From the NCBI GenBank assembly GCA_034780895.1, contig JAUZTB010000118.1:61290804-61354803 (forward strand): a stretch of 64,000 nucleotides of DNA, read 5' to 3'. A program made the translations under genes and the position numbers. The stretch's first letter is position 1. Each line of letters begins with the position of its first letter. The stretch comes from Rhynchobatus australiae (Eukaryota). Below are positions 41,191-52,399 of this stretch, one piece after another. The notes below the pieces were generated by a model, which saw nothing but the letters and a program-made list of their open reading frames with translations, was not told where the DNA came from and ran no database searches.

Positions 41191-42699
41191 CTTGTTGCTA
41201 GAAGAGGTGGTAGAATCAGAAACTATGTTTAAGAGTCAAGTAAATTGAGAAACTGTTTGTCTAAATGCCTCTNNNNNNNNNNNNNGCCTATATTATTTTG
41301 TGGACCAGTGTTTTATATTGGCTAAAATATGACTATAGCGTTTATTAAAGCTCATACATCTCTAATTCATCCTCATTTATTTCAACATCATTTATAGAGT
41401 AAATTTGTCACCTACATTCTTTCCAAATGTAACACTCAACAATTGGCTGCTTTATATTTCATTTGCCATTGTCCAATTAAGTTCTAATGTTTCCTATTTT
41501 TATATGGAACCAAATATCAGAAGCTATCTATCAGGGTTTAACACCATCAACCTTGGACAAATTTCTAGGTGATAAATTTGGCATAATTTCCTTGCTTCCA
41601 CTGCTTATCGTTATTATAGAGTCTATAAACTGCCGTATTTATATTGACTTTCCGATCCAAGTCACCAAGGGAAAAGGAAATGGTTCCTTGACTTGGGAAA
41701 GGGAAGTCCTGACAACAGAAAAAAGACTGGTAGGTTCTTAGCTGCAGGTGCCTGATTTGCTTCCTTTTTGTTTTGAATATGGAGTTTACATTTCCAACTA
41801 TTACTTCTTATATGCTCACTGCTTCCTCAATAAGCACCATAAACTCACATATCTCTTACCCAAACCAATCTTAATGTTGTAAAATAATCACTAACCCTGA
41901 AGATTTATTTAAAAGCTTGAAACTGGTCTAAAATTTCTACCTCCTTTATTTCAAATACCTTAATTTTAACTCAGTCATTTTATTTGATGATGGTAGGTTA
42001 CGTTCATTTTCCTAATCAATACTTCAACGCAACAGTAATTAAATATAATTACTATTTTATGCCAGTTGGAAACATCAAGTTAGCAACTTTTAGCAAATAT
42101 TAGCAACTTTTAATATCCTCATAGTTCACTCTGCAGCTGGATTCTTCTCCCTCCCCCTCACTTCTGAACACATTTTCAATTTGCTTCTGCATGACACTGT
42201 ATTCAATCCAGAGAGAACTTCTTATTTTGTCTCTGAAAGAGTTGTAATGGTCTTTTTATTTCATTCTTTTACATTTAACTTATGTACTTCATGAGGTCAA
42301 TTTTGTTTAATATAACCTGACTGAACTTGCATATGACTACAGAAATCAGAAAGGAAATTATTAGCATCTAAATTATTTTAGTAAGATCCCCCATCAACAT
42401 GTAAATCTATGACAGTGCTTAGGTCATTCTTCTTGCTTTTTACTAAAGAGAACTTAAGGTTATTGAAAGTAAACATAAACTACATTAATTCGTATTTGTC
42501 CCACGACAATCTGCCTTCTGTTCCTTCATATATATCTGATTTCTAATGGAAAAGGCAACTCCAAGATTTCAGTGTAACTTGTAAGAAATTGTACTTTAGA
42601 CTTTGAAAAATTTTAGCTAAAACAAGAGGTTTAAGTAGCCTATAATTGATAAACATGAAGATTGTAACATTATTTTGCAATAATGATTTGAGTTGCAAA

Positions 42700-44060
42700 T
42701 ACAATTGTCAGTCATAATACCCAAGTCCCTCTGCATCTCAAAATTCTGCAATCTCTCACTATTAATATGCTTGATTTTATATTTTTCCTGTCACAATGGA
42801 CAATTTTCCAGTTTATTCGCCATTTGCCAGATTTTTGCCCATTCACCACCTACTTACATCCCTCTGTAACCTCCTTATGTTCTCTTCACAACTTACTCTC
42901 TTGCCTTTCATGTGTCAACAAATTTAGCAACCATCCCTTTAGTGCCTTCATTCAAGTTATTTATACAAATTGTAAAGAGTGGAGACCCCCCATCACAGTT
43001 AAATTCCTCCCAATTCCTAACTTACTTGTTTGCAGTATATTGAAGACAGATGCAAAATACCATTTCATTCATCTCCCGTGTCCTTATGTGCCATTACCAA
43101 TTCCCCAGGCTCACTTTCTAGAGGACCATTCTTCACTTCTTTTAACTGACTGGTTTATACGCCTGACGAGCTTTATCTCAATCTTTATTTTTTTTCCTTT
43201 NNNNNNNNNNNNNNNNNNNNNNNNNNNNNNNNNNNNNNNNNNNNNNNNNNNNNNNNNNNNNNNNNNNNNNNNNNNNNNNNNNNNNNNNNNNNNNNNNNNN
43301 NNNNNNNNNNNNNNNNNNNNNNNNNNNNNNNNNNNNNNNNNNNNNNNNNNNNNNNNNNNNNNNNNNNNNNNNNNNNNNNNNNNNNNNNNNNNNNNNNNNN
43401 NNNNNNNNNNNNNNNNNNNNNNNNNNNNNNNNNNNNNNNNNNNNNNNNNNNNNNNNNNNNNNNNNNNNNNNNNNNNNNNNNNNNNNNNNNNNNNNNNNNN
43501 NNNNNNNNNNNNNNNNNNNNNNNNNNNNNNNNNNNNNNNNNNNNNNNNNNNNNNNNNNNNNNNNNNNNNNNNNNNNNNNNNNNNNNNNNNNNNNNNNNNN
43601 NNNNNNNNNNNNNNNNNNNNNNNNNNNNNNNNNNNAGCCTACTCTCTGGTTGCTCCAATATGTGCTCTAAACAAAATTATTGTTAAAAGTCTTATCTAGG
43701 CTACCTTTGCTCATCTGAATTTCCTGGTCTTTCTAGTTAAAATACCCTGAGATTGTTGCTATAGCTTTCTAACTATCTCTTCCTTTATATGTTGCACCAT
43801 CTGGTTACTGCTAGGGGACCAATGCACTACTCTAACAAGTGATTTCTTCTATATTACTTATCATCTCTTTCCAAACTGCTTCTGCATCCTGTTTTCCTGA
43901 ACTTAAGTCATTTCTCTCTATTGCTTTAAGACTACCACTAATTAACAGAACTACTCTTCCCCGTGTTTTTAGCTTCCTGTTGTTCTTAAATGTTATTTAC
44001 TCTTCAATATTAAGATGCTGATCTATCACAATCTGTAGCCAGGTCTCTGTATGGCCATCA
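42700..44060 (-). mobile_element. Degenerate CR1-like fragments around a gap
   Basis: cccaagtccctctgcatctc and tgtgtcaacaaatttagcaacc (inverted AKFVDT), plus endonuclease-like sequence right of the gap. Confidence 0.55.
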
Positions 44061-44479
44061 TTTTCATATTTATTTGTTTGTTCTTTTTGCTCTCTGTCTG
44101 CTTATTTTTATTTGTTTCAATTCGTTTATCAAAAATTATGCTGATGTGACACAAATCACAAGGTGCCATTGACAAAAATACAGTCATGTTAATATTTATG
44201 TTCTTAACTAAACAAATAGGTGCATTAGAAGAAAAAGAGAAGCATAGGTAGATGGGTTTTGGGAGGGAATTCTAGAGCTTAGAGACACGTATTTCAGATC
44301 ACAAACAACTTCCTGTATAAAACAATTTCTTCACATCTCCCGTCTTTTTATCAATCACCATAAATTTGTTCTCTGGTTACCAACCTAATGCCAGTAGAAA
44401 AAAAAATTTCCCTTACTTATGTGGTCAAAATCTATAATTTTGAGCTCCTTGCTCTTATGCAATCCAATACCCAACTATT

Positions 44480-44862
44480 TTATAGTGATTGGCATAAAGG
44501 GGCATAATTTTAAGGTGATTGGAGGAAGATAAGGGGGACATCAGAGGCAAGTTTTTTTTAAACCACAGAGTGTGGAATGCACTGCCGGCAGAGGTTGTGG
44601 GGGAAGATACATTAGGGACATTTAGGAGACGCATAGGTAGCCACCTAAATGATAAAGGTATGGAGGGCTATGTGGGAGGGAAGGGTTAGATAGATGTTAG
44701 GGCAGGATAAGATGTCANNNNNNNNNNNNNNNNNNNNNNNNNNNNNNNNNNNNNNNNNNNNNNNNNNNNNNNNNNNNNNNNNNNNNNNNNNNNNNNNNNN
44801 NNNNNNNNNNNNNNNNNGTGAGCCGAAGGGCCTGTAGTGTGCTGCAAGGTTCTATGTTCTAT
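44480..44862 (+). mobile_element. CR1 3' tail
   Basis: Ends gccgaagggcctgtagtgtgctgcaaggttctatgttcta. Confidence 0.75.
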
Positions 44863-47800
44863 TTTTGCATGAAGCAGCTCCAACAGATAAATAATGAAAC
44901 AAACTAGATACCCTTAATAATTAACACCTTTTATACAGATATTCTGCATGATCACCCAGTTAAAGACAAAATACTGTTTATCCATTGTCAATACAGAAAA
45001 TTTACTGGTAAAAAGCATAAAAATGCCTTTTAAGCCAACTAATACACCTTATACATATTCAGGACTGACATATAGTTCATCTCCTATTTCACTCATCTCA
45101 ATTAATTAAAACATTTTATAACATAATTGAAACATGGGCACCCATTTGTTACACCCTATAAAAATCTACTGAGTGATAGAGTCAAACCTAATTACATTGT
45201 ATGTCCTTAACACCTAATCGTGCATATTCATTTTATTTCGAAAGTAAATACATGTCCTTAACCATCAACGTTCATCCCTTCACCTTCCTTGTCTTTGTAG
45301 GCATCTGTGAACATCATCCCATAAATATGCCCTGGCTTCCCACACAAGTTATTTGCAAAGAGTGAAACAATTACACAATATGGACTGAACCATATTGACC
45401 AAGGTGAGACCATATTTCTGTTGCCATGGCAAATGTTCAACATGGATTAATGAGGAGGTTCGCTGAAAGGGTCTACATAGAGCTTAGCAGAAAAGCAGCA
45501 AAGATGGTCACACAAGACAGTTCCATAAAAATGGAAAATTCAGAATGATGCATTATGATCAATAATGCAGCAGAATAGAACTAGACTTTTCTATAATTGA
45601 GCTATGCAGTACTAATGTAGTGGTGCCTTCTTTATCACATAGTACTATAATAAAATTGTAGTAAATGTAAGATTAAAGGGTTAGTGTATCTACAAAGATG
45701 AAAATGCAGACATACAAATGATGGAAAAGACAATTACTGGATCTTTCTCTAACAAAGATCAAACTAGATTTGTCACTTATTATTGCTGGCGCAGTGAAAG
45801 TTGGGAGCCACAGGCTACTAAATTGATAATGGACCAGTTCAGCCTGGATTTGGCCCACCCTGGATTTAGACTCACTGCCTGCAGTGCCCACCTATGCACA
45901 CTTATCTCTTCTGGATAAAGGGGATTGAACAAGCTGAATCTCACATTAGACAAGCCTCCAGCAGGGCAGAGCAGGCTTTGGTTGTCACATCCCAAAGCCA
46001 ACTTTAAAAACAAAAATGTACTAAACTGCACCTACCTTTTTCCACACAACTGGCAATCCCATTCAAATCCACAAGGTAATCACTTGTATGCCAGGCCTCC
46101 CTGGCGTAAGACCTAAAGCAGGATACAAAATGTATCCAAGTCCTTTCCTCAGCATATCATTGATCTGCCACTGGACTCTATGGTGAATCCAGCAGCAGAG
46201 CTAACGATCAGATACACTGGCATGTAACTTCCATTTGGTCTTCCATCTCCCACCACACAAGTCCAAGGTGTACCAGGTTGTGAATGGCTGATAGCTGGCA
46301 GTCTATATCTGTCAGCAAAACTTGGCCCAATATTATAAAACATATTTTCTTAACTTGAATGCCAAAAGGAATTAATCTTGCAGAGATAAAATTTATATAA
46401 GTGTGTTTATATACTTTATTTGGAATTTTGATGAGTGATTAGTGTACAACATTGCAAATGTATGAACTTGCTTGCATTGATTTAAATTGCAATTCTTGTA
46501 CTGATCAGTGATTCCAACTGGTAAAGCCCAAACTGATGAACACCAGCGTTCTTACTTTCTTATTTGTTGCTTAGTTTGTAAAAGAAACTAAGGATGAAAA
46601 AGTGTTATTGTTTCTGTGAGGGCTTTTTGCATTTTCTAACTATTAAATCATCATCTGTTTGAAACTAGCAGCATCCAAAAGCAATACGGCATGTTAATTG
46701 TATTGCTGAGAATCTACAGACTCAAAATATCACTGGGTGAATGGTTCAGACACTCCACCAGGTTAAACCTGCAAGCCTCTTCACTAGAGGAATTCATGGT
46801 GTTTGGAGGTTCTCACTAATAAATCCCTCTGTGATAACAGCTTAAGTTAAGAAAAATTACTATGAGGAAAATAAAATCAGGAAATAAAACCACAGGAAAA
46901 TGGCGCACAATACCCCAGAGGGTGGAATGAGTACACCACAAAGGAAGTTGTAAATGTTTTTACTCTGAATTAGGCTGCTAACTGATCAAAGCTTCACTAT
47001 TTATATACCGGAATCATTCAAGACTCTAAAATAAATAAGTGTACAAATGTATCTTGTTACTTACAACATCAATTGAGAAACATTAACCTTATTAAACAAC
47101 AGTTCCCAAAAAAATGAATGTTACGTTACTTCTAATTTATGAGCCAGAATTCCAAATTATGTTTGGTTATTAATAATTCCAAGACTGGTTATTGATCTGC
47201 TTGTGATATCCGTGGACAATGTTATCTGTAGGTAAGTTTCAGAAATTGAATTTAATCTCCATTGCCTCATTTCATCTCTCCAGCCTGTTGTGAATCTGCT
47301 GGTGATATCCTAATTACCTGTCATATATAAAAACACAAATCTCAACCTATAAATGTTGAATCGTACAGCAGTCATTAACTTACGTCAGGCTATTGTGGAT
47401 AGTTTCCACACATCCTGCTGCTGGCTCCACCAAGCTCATCACACATCAATAATTCATTCTAAATAACCGAGCCTAGACTAGTAAGACAGTCTTATGATAA
47501 TTGCTAAGATGTGTACTTTCAAAGGTAAGCTATAAATCTCGACATAACTTGTTTAAACCTGCAGTTTTTTTCTACCAATAAGCTGCTTTTTCCCCCCAAA
47601 ACATAATGCAAATACATCTACAGATAGCACATTTTAATCATTATGTACGTCAAATAAAAGGCATCGGAATCCCCAGAATGTATGTGCAATACATCTGAGC
47701 ATAGACTATTTTCTTCCTGTGAGCAGACTTAAATCTATCTCACGTCTCTGTAAACATTAATCATAAGATGTATATTAACAAGCTGACACTGTTTTTAAAA

Positions 47801-50596
47801 CAACCTGGACATGATGACATTTTTTTCTTGTTGTGTACAAAACAATAGCCAATAACTAATTAAATTTAAAAAAAGACTTTCCTTAAAAACACAGAAACTG
47901 ATTAGCGTCAACGTTTATATAGTATGTAGCAAACCTGCTCAATTCCAGGTTTAAATATAATCCTGTATAAGGGACAGGCAATTAACTTATACCTACAGAT
48001 CCTTTCTTTTAAAATTTTGTAAGTGCAACCTCTTTATGTATTGCAGTTTCAACAAAGACTAGCCTTATTTTGTGGACTTCATGAAGGAGCAGTGCTTGAA
48101 CTTCAGATATTTATAATTTCCAACAATGGCTAATGCAAGGACACCAAGTATTACACTTCCAAGTTTGTTGACAGAGAGAAAGGTGGGAAATTAAGCACTG
48201 CGAATGATATAAGGGAATATAGATGAGTAAAGTGATGTGGCAAATGGAGTACAATTGATAACAAATTTGGAGAAGTGTGGAATTTTAGTTTCTGTTTGGG
48301 AATTTCCTGTGAATAGCACTCACAGAAGGCATAAGCAAGTACATTGCTGTTCCTTGGCCTGTGATTTTCCACTTATTAAAATAACTGAACAGAAAATTTC
48401 AAGCTCTGGGACTGTGATTTCCCAATATTTCCTCCTTGCAATTAGCATTCCTCACGAGGAGCACCAAATGCCAAACATCTCTTGCTTACATTTGTTCAGT
48501 TTTGTACTACAGACACACACGAATCACAAAATTGGATTAAAATATAAAAGTAAAGATTTTTTTCCTGCAATCCAATTCCAAGTAAGTATGGACTGACAAT
48601 ACTAAAGCTATGTCTGGCAATGTTACTGCTGACAGTTTAAAGTTGCTCTTGTGGGAAAAGAGCAGAGTAAAATCACACAAGACCAAAGTTGATTTTTGGC
48701 ACTTCAAGTTAAGGAAGTGTGCTGAGACACAGTGGAGGGAGATTAATTCTGTTGTCAGCAATATTAAACTGTGACATAGTATTGAGAATGATTAGGAGTG
48801 ATCCACATCCCTACAGTGGCTACCTTTAGCTCAATGATCATAAAATTCACCCATCATATTCAAATATAAATGTTAATAAACTCATTCATGATGAAACAAA
48901 ATATTCATAGTTTCAAATTACTTCTTAAAATGACAATTCATATGCCAAATTTTGCTTCTGTTTTCGTAATAATAATGCAGACAGCACCCAAGCTACTGAC
49001 ACTCTTCTCAAACTGGAAAAGTCAAAGCTTCATGCACAAATATTCAATCATGGATAGCATGATTTCCCACTTACTGAAAACCAATGTCATTTTTAAAGGC
49101 TGGTAGGACTAATAAATAAGTGACAACATGGCAAGTTGTTCAAGTTTGCTTTCAAGACTTTCCTGCATAGGCAAGCCTTTGCACCGGCTGCTTTCATCAT
49201 GCATCTATGAATAATCCCATTTCTTCCTTACAATATACAATTTTGCATTGGGTGGTTGCTTAAGATAAAATTAGTACTTCTTAAATTCATATCTGAGGTC
49301 TGGCTTTCAGTGAAGATGAGCATTTACTGTGCTATCCCTCGTCTCCTAAATTGTTGGCAGTGGTCATGCTGCTGGATTAGAACCATCAGTCATGACCATA
49401 TTGAATGGCAATGCAGACTCAAGTGGCCAAATGACCTCTCTGATATCTTGTATGTTTCTATGCTCAAACCAAGTTGCCCGACACAATTCCCAAACATGCC
49501 TTAAACTAGATTAAGCCCATATCCCGTTAGCCATTGTTGTGCTTTAACCAGCTTTCCAAATTTAACATTCGAAGACTATTACCTGCACAAATCAAGCTAG
49601 TCTTCCTGCAATACTTTGTTCCAGTGCTGAGGAACCTGTGTTATTGCAGTCTTTTCTCATATGGCAGTCCTCTAGGAAATGGTGACATGGCCCTTCTACG
49701 CAATGCCTCTGAGACTTGAATGTCCTAGCTTTTTTTGGTGACCATTATTCGATGCATTGCTCGGGATGAGGTCAGACCACAGGACTACAATATTAGTTGA
49801 AGTATTTATTGAATGCTACTTGAATGCAAGTAAAAGCTGCATCATCATCAAAAGTCTACCATTAACCACTATTCCTGGAAAATGTTCCTGCGTCATTTCC
49901 TAATTTACTGTAGTTCGGGATGATGACAACATGAGACTTAATTATGATGACTGTGTAGTCAGTCTGACAGAACAGGCTAATAAGACAGTGAAGCAAACAC
50001 TTGAAAATGCTTCCAAAAACCATACACAAAGGATGAAAGGAAAGACAAAGGAAAGAGAAAAATGGCAGAACAAAACATTGAAAATACTGTTTTAATTTGA
50101 AAATAGTCATTAACAGGCAATAACTAACAGTACTTTAAAAACTACAACTTTATTTTACGTACTCTACATTGAACATAATATTTATATAACTTACTTATTA
50201 CCAGAACTATCATCGTTTGCTGAGAGCTTTTCTTTTAACCACTTTAATCAAACAAGTTACAATCTCTCTACTTTGTCTAAAAGATTTTTTTCTGTTACAT
50301 AGATTTCAATTTTTCAAACAATATGCAAAAATGCTGATTTTAGGAAATGACAGTGGTCGCCCTTTAAATATTACCAATTTATTTTAAAATCCTGAAAATT
50401 ACAGGAATACATATGGAAATATTTTCCATCTGCTCTAATCTTCCTACACGGTGATTTTCCTTTGTTTCCAACTTCAATCATACATTTTTTTTTAGAACCT
50501 CTCTATGCCCAACTACTTGGAAATGGGCGATAACATAATTTACTGTAGTTCGGGAGGAAGCTCCAGGATATTTCCAAACAACTTTCACATACATAC

Positions 50597-50686
50597 CTCT
50601 CTGAAAGTCACCTCGTCCTTGCAGCTGCGCTTCCTTTTACGGGAGCCTTTTCTGACCTTTTGATTGATTCCGGCCCATTTTGTGAC
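50597..50686 (-). CDS. AOPEP: Aminopeptidase O coding exon (90 nt, phase 0 to 0) with basic NLS/NoLS: VTKWAGINQKVRKGSRKRKRSCKDEVTFRE
   Basis: gatattag|GTCACAAAATGG...TTCAGAGAG|gtatgt. Matches recalled human VTKWIGVNRRPRKRKRREKEEVFEK. A 262-bp intron separates it from the previous exon. Confidence 0.93.
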
Positions 50687-50948
50687 CTAATATCAACAAT
50701 AAGTGTGGTTAGGAAAAGAAACAAGTTTAATCTCTCTCTCTCCCCTCCCTTCTCCAGGATTAAATTTTAGCACAATGGAATCAAGCAGAGGTAGATTGGC
50801 AATTTGTCGTGTTCGCGATTCTTTTTCCAATGAACAAGTATATTTCGTAACAAAATAAGACATAAAAGACAACGTTGGTTGCGAGATATATAGAGAACTT
50901 GGCCAATCGCTAATTAGAAGTTTACAGCCAATTAACAGCGTCTCTCAC

Positions 50949-51011
50949 CTCATTCCGCACTTCACAGACTAGTCGGTTTTCCGTCCACTTCAGAGCGTCA
51001 TCCGTAAGAGG
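50949..51011 (-). CDS. AOPEP: Aminopeptidase O coding exon (63 nt, phase 0 to 0): PLTDDALKWTENRLVCEVRNE
   Basis: tttttttctggctttag|CCTCTTACG...GTGCGGAATGAG|gtgaga. Same length (21 codons) and same ends (PL...VRxE) as recalled human PLQRERRAGAECGLARQVRAE. Confidence 0.9.
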
Positions 51012-51089
51012 CTAAAGCCAGAAAAAAATGTTTGAAATATCACATTTTAAAAATCTCGCAGGGTAACTTAATTTTTTTTTATGAAATCC

Positions 51090-51650
51090 ACTCTCGCTCC
51101 TTTCAACTGCGTTGCAGCCAGCAACTCCCAGAGTGCGGTTAGTGACAGTGCCGTGGCGTCGCTCACTCCGCCAGGGCTGCCGCTCCACCTCCCCACCCCT
51201 CCAAGCTCACACCCATGGCAAAAAGGCTGCGAAACGATCGAGCGACGCTTCCACTGCGAATGATATCTGGCGGCCGCAACGAAAGCTGACGACTACCATG
51301 TGCTGTCCTTTCCTCGCCGTCATTTGGAGAGAGAAAAAAAATGTTGGCAATGCCACTGCCCGGCTGCAGGGCAGCGCACGGGAGTGTCCCGGCCGCTCCA
51401 CGTGGCCCGCGCCCCTGGCGCGAGGATTCCCCTCCCGCCGACACAACGTTCCATCGGCAGCAGGCGGGGAGCTGCGCCGCTGCCCGCCAGAAGCAATTTT
51501 CCAAACATCCGTAAGAAGAANNNNNNNNNNNNNNNNGTATCCGTGCGGAGTCTTGAGGCAAAAAAGACCGGCTTCATGCTTTTTTTTTGTTTGGTATGGT
51601 ACCGCCCCGTGTGTAGGTGGGCGGCGAGTAGGAGCTGGGGAATGTGAAAG
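51090..51650. promoter_or_regulatory. Intragenic CpG island, candidate internal promoter
   Basis: Abruptly GC- and CpG-rich in an AT-rich, CpG-depleted window. Contains GC boxes CCGCCC (51602-51607) and GGGCGG (51619-51624) and the E-box CCACGTGG (51398-51405). CpG enrichment extends over both neighbouring exons and to about 52000. Confidence 0.75.
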
Positions 51651-52399
51651 TCAACCTGATCCAACATTGATCATTCAGCCAGCAAAAGGCTCATTGTCCT
51701 CCGGATAGCAAACATAGCTTACGCACTGCCCCAGCTAACCGCTGTCAGTCTACACAATAACAGAACACTTGTATTCACGGCTGCCAACATGGCAAGTTCA
51801 TACAAATACAGGAAGCACACGTCGCAGATTTTGCCTTCATGCGACAGTTTAATCTTCAATAACCACCCAAACGCATCAATTCTCCAGTTGAAAGGGGAGC
51901 CTACTAAAATTTCAGTTTTGGTTGCGATCATGTGTGTACACGTAAACTAAACATCGCATTGTCCATTCGTAGGCAGAAATAACGCGCTACGGTACATCTC
52001 CCCAGCTAATCCTTTTGTCAAAAATATTTACACCTGTTCTTTCCAACAGAGCTCGTTCTCTTAAAATGTTCGCTGCACTTACTCTGCAGTTCCATAGTTA
52101 CTGAACTAACACTTAAATCACAGCCTAGGCTTCAGAGGAACATTGTTAAATAAAACTGGACATCGAACCACAAAAGGCAATAATAACGAGTGACCAAACA
52201 CACAGTCACAGGCGCAGGTTATAATAAACTTCTTGAAGGAGAAACAGCTGGACAGAAGTTTGGGGAGGAAATTCCAGTGTTTCGGATCCGATCTCTAAAG
52301 AACCCCAATGCCAATGACTCTAGATCAGTATATTTACATTTATACTCAAGGGGGGGGGAGGGAGAAAAAACATCTTTAATCATCCGCTTGAAGATCTGA

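Larger units (their letters stand above)
3074..50596 (-). other. AOPEP: ~47.5-kb phase-0 intron of AOPEP
   Basis: Bounded by the GT donor at 50596-50595 and the AG acceptor at 3075-3074. The flanking exons are consecutive in the recalled protein. The length includes N-gaps. Confidence 0.85.

Noticed and set aside
1531-43699. Long ORFs containing X runs
   Set aside because: Artefacts of translating through N gaps.
47384-47458. 75-nt minus-strand exon candidate with GTAAGT donor and in-frame stop
   Set aside because: Poor polypyrimidine tract and no independent support.
49920-49967. C/D-box snoRNA-like pattern (ATGATGA...ATGATGA...CTGA), similar at 2586-2630
   Set aside because: Only ~45-50 nt, antisense to the host gene, weak terminal stem and no evident guide sequence.
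51112-51708. Long GC-rich ORFs (198, 132 and 115 aa) on both strands
   Set aside because: Overlapping ORFs in several frames are expected from stop-codon scarcity in a CpG island; no recognisable protein.
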